A stretch of DNA of 63,922 bases, filler included, from Asterionella formosa (GCA_002256025.1; 10 parts of 10 records of this genome joined end to end with filler, not necessarily neighbours in it), one strand, 5' to 3'. Positions 24,890-36,422 are shown, counted from the first letter of the whole stretch. A program made the numbers and translations. Notes: generated by a model from the sequence alone, not told the origin.

Positions 24890-25500
24890 CATTTTGGTTG
24901 TGATAATGACAAAACCATAGCAAGATTCCGTTTTCAAAAACTTAAAAAATCATGCAAGCATTTGGAGCAACATTGTCTGGGAGTACTATAAACAAGATGG
25001 AACTGTTGGAATTGAGAAGGGTTTCTATTTTATTTGTAAGAGAAGATATCATATATGGCTCACCTGATAGCTCCCTGCAAGCATCAGCTCGATGATTCAG
25101 CTAAAGGGATTTGGAGGAGCCAATTATCTGGAATTGGCAAGAAAAGATGTGGAATATTTCTTTGGCATTCTTAAGAAGAGGTTCATGATCCTCAAGAATC
25201 AAATGCGGCTACACAACAGTAAATAAATTAGGATTATTATTATTACTTGCTGCTGTATTTACAATATTTTGATTTTATATGATGGGTATGATGACTGGAA
25301 AGAATGATTGGCGATGATAATGTTGAAAATGCAGTTGATGGAGTGAATGATGAAGATGGTCTCCCAAGAGAAACAAATGAGGGTGGATCTGACTGATACA
25401 CAAGACATGAGCATCGTATGGCTCAAGCTTTAGAAAACAATAATACAGAGTTTGCTGTTGGCAATGATTTTGATGTTGATAATTTGGAAGATACTATTGA
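24890..25500 (+). mobile_element. PIF/Harbinger (DDE_Tnp_4) transposase pseudogene
   Basis: Fragments NDKTI, GFYFIC, RKDVEYFFGILKKRFMILKN.MRLH, TCCCIYNIL...DGYDDW with stops and frameshifts. Confidence 0.8.
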
Positions 25501-25548
25501 TGCCCTGGTACCATGATATGTACGACCGGGGTCCGAGGTAGTACCAGG

Positions 25549-25756
25549 TGAGCGATATTGCGCATCAATACAGATGTATATAGGGTTAGTGTTATATCAT
25601 ATATATCAGAACTAAATACCAGGTAATGAAAGAACTCGACTAACCCTCCTTATTCTTGTATACTTTGGTGTCGACTTTGAGAATGAGTTGCACAGAAGGA
25701 TTAACTAAAAAGCTCATATATTCAACAAATACTACTACTTCTAGTTAGATACTTCA
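25549..25756 (+). mobile_element. Solo LTR copy 2 (TG...CA) with 5-bp TSD CCAGG
   Basis: gta-CCAGG-TGAGCG...ACTTCA-CCAGG-tac; high similarity to copies 1 and 3. Confidence 0.9.
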
Positions 25757-25929
25757 CCAGGTACCCGGTACTAATGGAAAACGTCAAATAGGAATTCCTG
25801 GAGCGCCCGATTTATGAGTGCAAAAATCAAATGCAAACACAACAATCACCCATCACAATACCAACATCATGACCTCGAAAGCGCCTTGACAAGGCAATGC
25901 CTTGCCTCGAAAGAAATTTATCTCCTGAA

Positions 25930-27633
25930 GAGTTGGTCAGTGTTCAGATTTGTCTTAACAATGTGATTAGGGAGCTAGAAGCTTGGCCTAGATCTGTTTG
26001 CTGCTTGGGAAGGAGAAGATGAAAAAATACATGGCAGCAGAGCAAAGGGATAACGATATCCACAAGGACCAGTCTGTGATGTGGAAGGGAAACAGTTGCC
26101 TACATACTGCTGTGTGTCGGAAAACGGCTCAATCACTGCAGAGCTTCTGGTTGGCATGCTAAAGCACATGGATGACTCTGGCATCTTTCCTCGAAACAAC
26201 GGGCCCCCACCATTCCTAATACTTTATGGACATGGGTCTTGATTTGACATTTTGTTCCTTGAATACATAAACAATCCAGTACACAAATGGACAGTCTGTT
26301 TTGGTGTTCCTTATGGTACAAGCTACTGGCAGGTTGGAGACAGTAGTGAGCAAAACGGTTGCTTCAAAATAAACATCACAACAGAAAAACGCAAATTGCT
26401 CACCTTAAAAGCAGATCACAGGCAAGAGCTTAAAATTAACAAGGTCGACATTGTTGGACTGGTGAATACGGCATGGGACAATTCCATTGCAAATATTGTC
26501 ACAAACAAGAAAGCAATTTATGAACAAGGATGGTGTCCCCTGAACTATAATGTCTTGCTTCACCCTGAGATTCAACTAACCCTATGCGCCCACAGAGACT
26601 GCCACTCTCCCTCCTGATGATTTAAACCTCCAAACTGGCTTTGCTGGAACAATTGTTGGAAGAATTAACGAGTTTTGTTAACGCAAGGATGTGCGAAATG
26701 GAATCGACCGGGAGGCCCAAGCTAGAAAGAGAAAGGAGACAGCGGATTCACACATTCTTGAGGGACACAAAAATCGGATAACAGCAGGACTACTGGCCTC
26801 TGCACAAGCCTTTGCCCTTGGGCCAAATATTCTTGCTGCTACACTGGAACTGAAGCGAATTTCAGACATTCTCATTAGTACAAAAGAAACAAAAAGGCAT
26901 CAAGAATTCAATACACTTCGCGGAAAAGTACTTACATTGAAGGAACAGAACAAAAAAAGAACAGATGTCTGTGCCAGAATTGAAATTAATGGTGCGTTGG
27001 TACAAACAATCAGGTGATTTGCCGGTTCCACAAACAAGGCAAGCTCTGATTACAAGATTCGACAACACCAATCACCGTGGTGACCAGCAGCCGCCATTCC
27101 CTCTCCATACACCTCCTAGTATTTCTGTGGTTGTTGTTACTGCACCTCCTCCTGTTGCTATTCCCTCTCCTTCTACAACTGCTACTGCCGATCCACCATT
27201 CCGTGATGAAGTTTGAGACTCCGCAAGCAAGTAATTGTTGGATGCAAAGAAGCTTGAGATTAATGTAATGCATTAGAAGAATTCTCCGACGATGATGCTG
27301 CCCTGTAAAAGTGTAAAACGTAAAGTAATAAGAAAATAATTTTTGTAGTATTAACGGAGTAAAAATAAACATGGTTTGGGGGGAAAATATATACATGTAC
27401 ACATAAAAAAATATGTACTGTAAGCCACCGCTATGCAATAATCTTAGTGACTTTGGAAAAATTATTTCTTCATGGCTACATACACTGAATCAAAACTGAT
27501 TCCTGAATAGTATAGCAGAGAGCATTGTCTAACATAAGCTTTGTACTTGCGTCAAGTTTTGATCGTTGAATTACATAAATATTTTTAGTCGAAAGATAGA
27601 GTAAAATAACGGTGGCTTACAGTTTTTAAGTGG
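25930..27633 (+). mobile_element. pogo/Tc1-mariner (DDE_1) transposon remnant with intact right end
   Basis: SENGSITAELL..ML, PFLILYGHGS*F, GVPYGTSYWQVGDSSEQNG motifs. The end carries inverted ACTGTAAGCCACCG sites (27417-27430, 27610-27623) and terminates ...TTAAGTGG|TA. Confidence 0.82.
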
Positions 27634-28304
27634 TACCTACCAGGTACTAGGGTAGCAGGAAGTGATGGCGCGCAACGGTGTGGAACCGTGGTACCTGTGC
27701 GAGGTTGCGATAAAATAGAAATTTAGCTATTTTTTCCTTATAGTAAGAACCGTCTCTAACAGCAACTTTCTTGGCAGGCAGGAGGTGATATGTAGTATAC
27801 CTGGTATGAGGGTAATACGTACCTGGTACCACGTACTAGGTACCAGTACCATGAGTACACATTATCACCGTATGTGGTACCAGTACTCAGTAGCTCAGTA
27901 GTATGGTGACGACGAATTCTTGGTCTCCCTGACGATCGTTCAAACGCAACACAACATGACTACCTTTAGTACGGAATTGGTGCACTCTACACGTGAATAC
28001 TATATTGCTAATTGTACTCAAATCATTTAGTATTGACTGCACACCAACAACGCCGGTGTATTTTCTTCGCCAAGCAGGGTGTTCTTGTTCTTTGCATCAA
28101 GGTCGCTGTTCTCGTTCTATTCCTGAACTACTGCGCAATTTGAGCTGAATATCATTCAACAACCCTATCACAGGAAGTTCAGTGAAAGCGTTGAATTGAA
28201 GGAAACAAAGTGTAGAACGAAACAACCGTCGGGGTTTGGTTAGAAGAACCTTGCTTCATGGTACATCAGTGCATTGCTTGTATTTCACTGCACTACACGC
28301 GATA

Positions 28305-28653
28305 ATGTCCAAGGGTTCCAAAAAGAAGACTACTCCTCGTAAGCCGCAGCAACAGCAGCAACCACAGCAGCAGCAGGGATTTCCTCCCCCGATTCCACCT
28401 GACATAGCTGCCCATTACTTTTCGCAACTCGCGCAAAAGGCAAAACATAACAAACGCAACAACTCCGCTTCTCTCTCCTTTGGTTCACTGGATTTGGCTG
28501 CCCTGGCGCAATCGGGGGATCTGAGTGCTGCCACCGCTGCCGCTTCGGCTCAAAAGCCTTGCAGTGAACAAGAAGTGAAGGCACTAATGAGTATGTTTGC
28601 AGAAATCATGGGAATGGAAGAGCCTCCGTCCTCGTCAAACAGCAAGATGCCTG
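28305..28653 (+). CDS. Hypothetical protein, 5' part (poly-Q), truncated at contig end
   Basis: Open frame from ATG 28305 to the gap, with coding-like composition. Confidence 0.6.
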
Positions 28654-28826
28654 NNNNNNNNNNNNNNNNNNNNNNNNNNNNNNNNNNNNNNNNNNNNTTA
28701 ATTAATTAANNNNNNNNNNNNNNNNNNNNNNNNNNNNNNNNNNNNNNNNNNNNGGGGGCAATCTTTGGTTGATTCGTTCAGTTCATGGAAAGAGAATCAT
28801 AGAAGAACCGAACGTCATTGGGAGTG

Positions 28827-30155
28827 ATGCAAAACGAGAAAATAGGGCGGAATCGAACGAACCATAAACAATCATCCACGCTACAAAGTGTCACTGAAGG
28901 CGACTCGGAATCATCTATCATGAAGCTACGTGGTCGAGGAATAACAAAGGGATCTAAAGGCCCTGTCGAATCTAGTAATGAGGACGATGGGGAGCCGCTT
29001 TTAAGTAATGCTGCAGCCGAACAGCCCGCTCTGAAAGCGCAAGAAAAACGATACGCTACGCGAAGTTCTATGCAACGAACATATCGCAGCATTCGATTCG
29101 GATGGTCACTGATGACTTTGCCATCCAAGATGATCGTTGGAATATTCGGTGCTTTGCTTGCATCGCATGTGATTCTTGGAACAATAGACGCATTCTTTGG
29201 ATCAAGCAGTGCTCGCGGGGTAGTTACTACCACGGAAGACAGGTATGCTGTGCTTATCAACACCTACAAAAGACCTCAAATGCTGCGAGAAGCTGTACTT
29301 CACTATAGTGACAGATGTGGGAAAAGATTTGGTGTTTATCAAGTATTCGTGTTGTGGGCAGACCAAGAAACTCTGCCTCCTGATATTAGTTCTTTCTATA
29401 AGACCGATGGCCGAATCGGAAGCGAGAACAAGATGCAAAATCGAGCTGTGGTTCGTTTTGTCAAGTTGCCCAAAGACTCTCTGAATAGTCGCTTCCTACC
29501 TATCACAGAACTTGAATCTGAGGCTGTGTTTATGGTTGACGATGACCTGAGAGTATCTTGTGAGTCCCTCGCCAAAGGATACTTAGCATGGCGAAAATTC
29601 CAGGATTCGTTGGTTGGATTTTACCCGAGATTAGGGAGTCCCGCTACCTTGTTTTCTGGCAAAGATGTTGATGCTATGACTTATCACAACTGGCCCGAGG
29701 TTTTCTTTCACCAACGATTCAACATCATACTAACCAAGGCATCATTTCTTCACAAGAAGTATCTTGATTTGTATTCAAGCAGCGCTCATCCAACAGAAAT
29801 AAAGGATTATGTTGACGCACGGATGAATTGCGAAGATATTGCCATGGCCATGCTCGTTGCAAACCACACTCAGTCACGCCTAGGCGAGCCATCGCCTCCT
29901 ATTTATGTGGAAGGCATAGTTTCTGACGCCGGTCTCTTTGGTGGCATCAGTACTGGAGGTGGCCACATGGGTAAGAGATCGGAATGTCTAACAGATCTGA
30001 CTCGGATTTACAAAAGGCTAAATTGGGGTGCGCCTTTAGCAACAGATATGTCCCTCGATAAGTACGCTTGGCAAAAGCATTCACCTGGGTTTTGGTGGCA
30101 GCATCGACCCAGCAATTTCTTTGAATGGATTGCGATTTGGCATTTCTTCTTATAG
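28827..30155 (+). CDS. Glycosyltransferase family 64 (EXTL2/EPC1-like), type II membrane protein
   Basis: TM helix, YAVLINTYKR, DSLNSRF, VDDD, LVGFYPR, ILTKASFLH, MNCEDIAM, RSECL. Confidence 0.92.
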   Translation: MQNEKIGRNRTNHKQSSTLQSVTEGDSESSIMKLRGRGITKGSKGPVESSNEDDGEPLLSNAAAEQPALKAQEKRYATRSSMQRTYRSIRFGWSLMTLPSKMIVGIFGALLASHVILGTIDAFFGSSSARGVVTTTEDRYAVLINTYKRPQMLREAVLHYSDRCGKRFGVYQVFVLWADQETLPPDISSFYKTDGRIGSENKMQNRAVVRFVKLPKDSLNSRFLPITELESEAVFMVDDDLRVSCESLAKGYLAWRKFQDSLVGFYPRLGSPATLFSGKDVDAMTYHNWPEVFFHQRFNIILTKASFLHKKYLDLYSSSAHPTEIKDYVDARMNCEDIAMAMLVANHTQSRLGEPSPPIYVEGIVSDAGLFGGISTGGGHMGKRSECLTDLTRIYKRLNWGAPLATDMSLDKYAWQKHSPGFWWQHRPSNFFEWIAIWHFFL

Positions 30156-30399
30156 CACATAGTGTTACTTAAAAGGCACAACTAATTGTTAGTTAATCTC
30201 TACATGCATCGTCTTGCAGTTTGATAATGTCGTCAGTTGACAGCGGATTTGCGTCAGCTGCGAAGATTCTGCAGCAACGACTTGGCACACACTGCCACAN
30301 NNNNNNNNNNNNNNNNNNNNNNNNNNNNNNNNNNNNNNNNNNNTTAATTAATTAANNNNNNNNNNNNNNNNNNNNNNNNNNNNNNNNNNNNNNNNNNNN

Positions 30400-31399
30400 C
30401 CTGTCCTTGACCTCCATGATAAAACACGTGTGCAAGAGATTCTTGGTACTTTATTGTATTATGCCCGTGCTATTGACTGTACTATGTTGCCGGCCCTTGG
30501 TACATTGGCTACACAACAAGCAACCCCCACTGTGGCTACCTTGACTGCTATTACTCACCTTCTCAATTATTGTGCCACTCATCCTGAGGCCACACTTCGC
30601 TTTACTGCCAGTGACATGGTCCTCCATGTTGAAAGCGATGCTTCCTATCTCTCTGAAACACGTGGTTGCTCCTGCGCTGCCGGCATTCACTTTCTCAGCT
30701 GTAAACCCTTGTCTCCGCCTAGCCTCACTACGTCCATCCCTCCTCTCAACGGTGCTATTTACGTACACTGTCAAATTCTTAAGGAGGTTTTATCAAGTGC
30801 TGCTGAGGCCGAATTAGCTGCTTTGTTCCACAATGGCAAAGAGGCATATGCTATTCGCAACATTCTTGTTGAGCTTGGTCATCCCCAACCGTCTACCCGT
30901 ATTGTCACCGAAAATAGCACTTCCAGTGGCATTGCCAATGATACTGTCTGACAAAAACGCTCCAAAGCTATGGATATGCATTATTACTGGGTACGCGATC
31001 GGGTTCGCCAAGGCCAATTTCTTGTATACTGGAAAAAAGGTAGTTTGAATCGTGCTGATTATTTCACTAAACATCATCCCGCTTCCCATCATATGTTGAT
31101 GCACCCGCACTATCTCCTTTGCCCTCCATCCCTCCCTAGTCCTCCTAACTATTATGCGTGCTTGGCTTCCGATGCTGATGTCATCTCCACCCCAGCTCCT
31201 GTTCTTCTGCCTGAATCTGTTGGTGAGGGTGTGTTAAAATCTGCATATGATGCTCCATACATGCGCCGTACGAACCATACCGGCGCAGCCACCAGATTAG
31301 GTACATGCATGAGTGCTAACAACGATGTACTCGAAACAGCAATAGAATAGTCATAATATTGTAGTTCACCTTTTATTCATGACAAGGTTCCCCTCAACA
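30400..31399 (+). mobile_element. Ty1/copia (CoDi-like) retrotransposon 3' end with PPT and 3' LTR (31232-31399)
   Basis: GTLLYYARAID, SDASYLSE, SSAAEAELAALF, KAMDM.YYW.RDR, N.ADYFTKHH; in-frame stop at 30949; PPT GGTGAGGGTG, then TGTT...AACA. Confidence 0.92.
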
Positions 31400-32198
31400 A
31401 TAGCAACTCATCAGATGATTATCACGTCTGCCTTTTCCACAAGATGCATTTTCAACTGCCGGTAAGAAGAGACAATGCAAAGAAAAGTCGACACAGGGGA
31501 GGAAGATCCAAGGTTAGCAAGTCTTCAAATGTTATTCAATTATTTTTAATCTAAAACTTTTATATCGGAAACATTGACATTTAACCAGCAATGTAATTGA
31601 ATGTAATCCAATTAATTTGCAACCCATCTCTGTAAAGTCTCTTTAGAATGCTTGATCGAATTCTGCAAATAAACGATCCAGAGAGAACAAGATAAAATTT
31701 CAGGTAGCAGAACTCCAAAACTAGAATTTTCACGACACAATGACGAACAGCCTTGGAAGTAACTTCGCGGTGATCATGACGTTGTACCTGGTTATTTCAT
31801 TACCTAATATAGTCATAGTAAGACGCGAGAGTTGGTTCCAAAGTAGTAGACTGCGAATGATTCCAGACGAAGTTGTTGGGCACTTCCTGCATTTCAGTTT
31901 TGGGATCAGCAGAACATCGTTTCGCCCTTCAAATCACCTGTCNNNNNNNNNNNNNNNNNNNNNNNNNNNNNNNNNNNNNNNNNNNNTTAATTAATTAANN
32001 NNNNNNNNNNNNNNNNNNNNNNNNNNNNNNNNNNNNNNNNNNCCACCAACACCAATTTCGGAAATGAGACGGCTACCACTGGAACGTGGCATGATTTTGT
32101 CTTATAATAGTTGGCTGGTGTTGCTGTTTTTATGGCAGGTTGATTCGTTAGATTGTGTAAAAATAAAAAATATTTTTATCATTCATGCCACCTCATTT

Positions 32199-32771
32199 CT
32201 AGAAGGTTTTGAAACATCGTACGTAGGTGGATTGAAGTTCTTGATTTCCTAATGAAATAAATGATAATCGTAAAAACACAAAATCACTAATAGATTTAGA
32301 ACATTTGGAACAAATTGGTTTGAAACCAGTGTACACTTCGTTTGGGTCCTTGTTCTTCAAAAGAGATCGCTCCCCCTTCAAACAACAGTCAGGAAGTTGC
32401 ATCCGAACACCTTTTCCCAATGGACCACTGAAAACTCTGATTAGAAACTTGTACAGAAGATTGCGGGCTCTTGATGCCGTAATGTCTTCATCCTTCAGCC
32501 TGGTAAGAATTGATTCACCTTCCAGAAACTTCTCCACCAACTCTTCGACTTCATCCCATCGGCACTGACATTCAGGGCAGCAAAAATCGCAGCATTCGCA
32601 GAAGATGCGATCCTCACATCCCTCCACATACGACTCTACAATCAACCGGTCTTGGCAGGTAGGACAACTATCATGACTGTAGTTAAATTCGTCATTACCA
32701 TTGTCATCATTTTGATGTGTAATTTCGCTCATGGTTGATTGTTGCTTTTTTTGTTTCTTACCGGTAGTCAT
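32199..32771 (-). CDS. Cys-rich protein with a P2X7-ballast/nanor-like (KolX-like) domain, probably transposon-borne
   Basis: Cys cluster followed by R...Y......GPLGKGVRMQLPDCC...R......YTGFK. Start may be ATG 32771 or 32732. Confidence 0.65.
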   Translation of the reverse strand: MTTGKKQKKQQSTMSEITHQNDDNGNDEFNYSHDSCPTCQDRLIVESYVEGCEDRIFCECCDFCCPECQCRWDEVEELVEKFLEGESILTRLKDEDITASRARNLLYKFLIRVFSGPLGKGVRMQLPDCCLKGERSLLKNKDPNEVYTGFKPICSKCSKSISDFVFLRLSFISLGNQELQSTYVRCFKTF

Positions 32772-32864
32772 CAACAATATTTGCCATGCTGCCAGCTCGT
32801 CTGACACATATATGTTGATTGTATGATAGGGTATATAAACATTGAGCGATGGAGAACGTTTATG

Positions 32865-33048
32865 TATATATTTATTGAATTCGAAAAGGAATCTATGTAT
32901 GTACGCGCAAATTTCCAGTGATTCAAATATTTCAATTGGAATCACGTTATTCAAAATTAACTCATAAAAATTCTTAGTTCCAGGGAATTTCGGCAACCCT
33001 AAGCAATATTTTAATTTTTGCCTAGGGGTTCAAATGCAGGAACCTTAA
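32865..33048 (-). mobile_element. Putative Kolobok-like terminus (TTAA|GGTTCCTGC...); second copy at about 42840-42979
   Basis: gtacgcgcaaatttcca...tccagggaatttcggcaacc...ttcaaatgcaggaacctta is shared by both copies, and similarity stops at TTAA. Confidence 0.6.
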
Positions 33049-33251
33049 AGGTTTATTTTATTTTATCGTAGATTAAAGCAAAGTGACCACAAAGCAATTG
33101 CTGGAAAAACCAGTCCAGTACCTGGTAACACTGGTATCAGAGGTACATGAACTGTACGAGTTTCCTCTGTGAGGGATGTAATGCAGTTTCAAACACAAAT
33201 GCGACATGACGACCACAACAATATATTTTATGTTATATACCGGTAGACCAA

Positions 33252-33343
33252 CAAGTTGCGGTAATTTTGCTTAAACAAACAATTTAATATGGGATAAAGA
33301 TAGCTAAGCTTTTAGTTTCAGCAAAATTACAGCAACTTGCAGG
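33252..33343. mobile_element. ~90-bp MITE (TIR CAAGTTGCGGTMATTTTGCT); other copies at 34308-34394, 52440-52516, 57747-57842
   Basis: caagttgcggtaattttgct...agcaaaattacagcaacttg; conserved interior aatttaat.tgggataaagatagctaa in all four copies, in both orientations; intact ends read GCAACTTGCAGG|TA. Confidence 0.85.
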
Positions 33344-35328
33344 TACCAGGTACTGTGGCTGTACATACTACATACATATGATCACATGCAATGGAATTGA
33401 TTATCAGCCATATGCATCATTAGCCAACATTACCGGTATATTACAAACTACCGCTGTGATGCGCACCATTTGCTGTCTGCGTGTCGATGTTTGTCGGACG
33501 GACACAATTAAATCGGACGTGATTCCAGCTCTAACGATGGCAACCACTCCATCCCGCAAACGCGTCGCGGACGGCGCATCCACNNNNNNNNNNNNNNNNN
33601 NNNNNNNNNNNNNNNNNNNNNNNNNNNTTAATTAATTAANNNNNNNNNNNNNNNNNNNNNNNNNNNNNNNNNNNNNNNNNNNNGACTGCCGGAGCGCGAG
33701 TCCCAGCCAGAGCTCCTTCTCTGAGGTCGCACAAGGCAGCACGAGTACGCTCATTGGCCAAGACGGACAGGGGCTGGGGACCTTTCAGAGGAAAGGCAGG
33801 CTTCCCCGCGCCAGTCCCCAAGTCGCCCAGACTGCTGCTGATATCGACTTGCGCGGCCATGAGGGGGGGAGGCAAAAGCGAGTTGTTCCGCTCGCAGGCT
33901 GAGTCCCCGGGAGGTTGCTCGAACGTGGGGTCGCTTGTAGAGGCGGTGGTCATTGTGTGAGAGCACTCGGTCAATCGAAGGGATGGAGGAGAGAACGAAG
34001 AGTGTGATTTTAGTGTACCTGGTACAATTTATGGAAATGACAATTACATTTTTGAGACATGTATCATTCCCAGCAATTCCACTCACAGATTTAAACGGTT
34101 TCTTTACGTGCGTTTCATCCAGTCGTACGCATGAGAGCAAGATACTGCTAATTCATTTATTCGAATGACATACGGAACTCAATCTTGACCATCTCTTTTT
34201 GAGGTTACTTCGTTTTCTTTGTAGGTTTTCAAAATGTGAAGACATGTCCCGACGTGATGGAGTTCCGCACTGTGTAGCAATGACCGAATGATCGAAGGGC
34301 TGACGTAGCGGTAATTTTGCTGAATCAAAGATTTAGATACCTTTATCCCAGATTAAATTGTTTATTTAAGCAAACTAACGGTACCACAACTTGCTAGTGG
34401 TCAAGTTGTGAGTCATGGTGGGTCCGCCAGCGGCAGGAGTCCGTTCGGTGAATACCGGCATGTCGAGATGTACAGGACATACAGGCAACAGCTGGAAAAA
34501 ATATTAGAGTACCAGGAGGTCCTGGTACCGGAACTGATGCTGGTCCTGCAACCAGTGCCAGGGCAGCTTTACCGGTACCTGGTACCAGGTACCAGGGTAC
34601 CAGTACCAGGTACGCACCGTTGTACAGAAGGCTTGGAGTAACAGGTACCGGTACTTGGGAGGCGAGGCAAGATCAGCCATTTTTTTTTCAATACCAGGAA
34701 GCCAATACCTTGCAGGAGATACCAGAGGTGCCTCAAGATGACAACCTTTCTTCTGATATCTTTGTCACAGCACTCTCATCAACAGCTTCATGTGGCATCA
34801 CCACCACAACAGGCACATCCTGGCGCATTTCCAGTACGGGGATCAAGAATCACTCCACAGCATGATTCCTTTTTGAATGGTGACAATGATTTTGCCACCC
34901 ATGAGATTCAGAAGTGAACAAGGCCAGCTGGAACCTGCAACACTATTCAATGCTGAACTTGTGGTTGATTCCGAACTTGCCAGCAGTGCCTCTCTTGTTG
35001 ACGTTGAAGCAGAAGAAACAGCCCAATGTCAACGTCAAGTGAAGACTGCTTTGTTAATATTTTTGGTAATTGACATCTTCGTTTCCATCCCAATTCAGCT
35101 AAAAAAAAACATCACTCAAAACATTGGCTCCATCAGAAACTCCATCAGTAAGCCCATCTCAAAGTTTGTTTGGATTCTTGGCTGAACATTCATTTGATAA
35201 CGGAACAGCACTTTCAACTACTGGCTCCNNNNNNNNNNNNNNNNNNNNNNNNNNNNNNNNNNNNNNNNNNNNTTAATTAATTAANNNNNNNNNNNNNNNN
35301 NNNNNNNNNNNNNNNNNNNNNNNNNNNN

Positions 35329-36422
35329 TACATGGTCATGCTAATTGGTCGCTGGAAATCGGACGCATTTCTAATTTACATCCGTAAGCAAGTGGCGGAA
35401 TTTACGAAGTCAGTTAGCCAAAAGATGATCACGACAACGACATTCTTCCATCCGCCGGCAAATACAATAGCATTCACATCTCGATCGACAATGGCAGGGC
35501 GAGACGCGCATGCCACGGCTCATCTAACATAATTCGTCGTGACTAGAAAGTGGATCGGCAAAGCGCAACTCGACTGCCGCAGAACCCGGAGATTGGATCC
35601 GCATTTTGAACCCGGATTTTGGAAAAGGGACACGTTTACTTAGCACCGAATTCAAAAACCATTTATGCTACTTCTACTTAGTATTTCTGGCTCGCTATTC
35701 TAGTATTTGATGGGTCGATTTTATATATTGCAGCTAAGTACCCACAAAGCTAGTACTACACAGACTACATATGGAGAAAGACGAAACGGACGAGACGGTA
35801 ATTGTGTCGAAGTTACTTCGTTGATATTACGGACAAGGACGGACGCGATGGAGTTAGTATATCAGGCGAGCACCGGATGATACAAACCACGCGACGCGAA
35901 TCGAAGGAGTCGAAGCTGAGAATTCAATATAGCGACAACGCGACTATTAAGTTCTAGCTTTTAGAGTTGAATCGAACAACCAAGAGTCGGCAGCTAAGAC
36001 AAGGGAAGACAAGAGCAACCACGCGAGGTTAAACAAGTGAATTAGTGCAAGGGCGAAGCACACAATTCTTTGAATAACGATTCAGAGAAGCAGTCTAAAG
36101 CATCGCCAAGCCTTTCGCAATTTATAGTCTAAAATCACCCACCCTACGTCCCTCCCACGGCAAAGCGCAACTCGACTGCCGCAGAACCCGGAGATTGGAT
36201 CCGCATTTTGAACCCGGATTTTGGAAAAGGGACACGTTTACTTAGCACCGAATTCAAAAACCATTTATGCTACTTCTACTTAGTATTTCTGGCTCGCTAT
36301 TCTAGTATTTGATGGGTCGATTTTATATATTGCAGCTAAGTACCCACAAAGCTAGTACTACACAGACTACATATGGAGAAAGACGAAACGGACGAGACGG
36401 TAATTGTGTCGAAGTTACTTCG
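35329..36422 (+). mobile_element. Tyrosine-recombinase retrotransposon (Ngaro/DIRS group) 3' end: YR C-terminus plus split direct repeats
   Basis: MLIGRWKSDAFLIYIR (catalytic Tyr motif) ends at 35532; 265-bp direct repeats at 35556-35820 and 36158-36422 flank a 337-bp spacer. Confidence 0.82.

Noticed and set aside
33684..35228. GC-rich truncated ORF and a decayed coding-like stretch
   Set aside because: Probably TE-derived, but I found no diagnostic motif to support a call.
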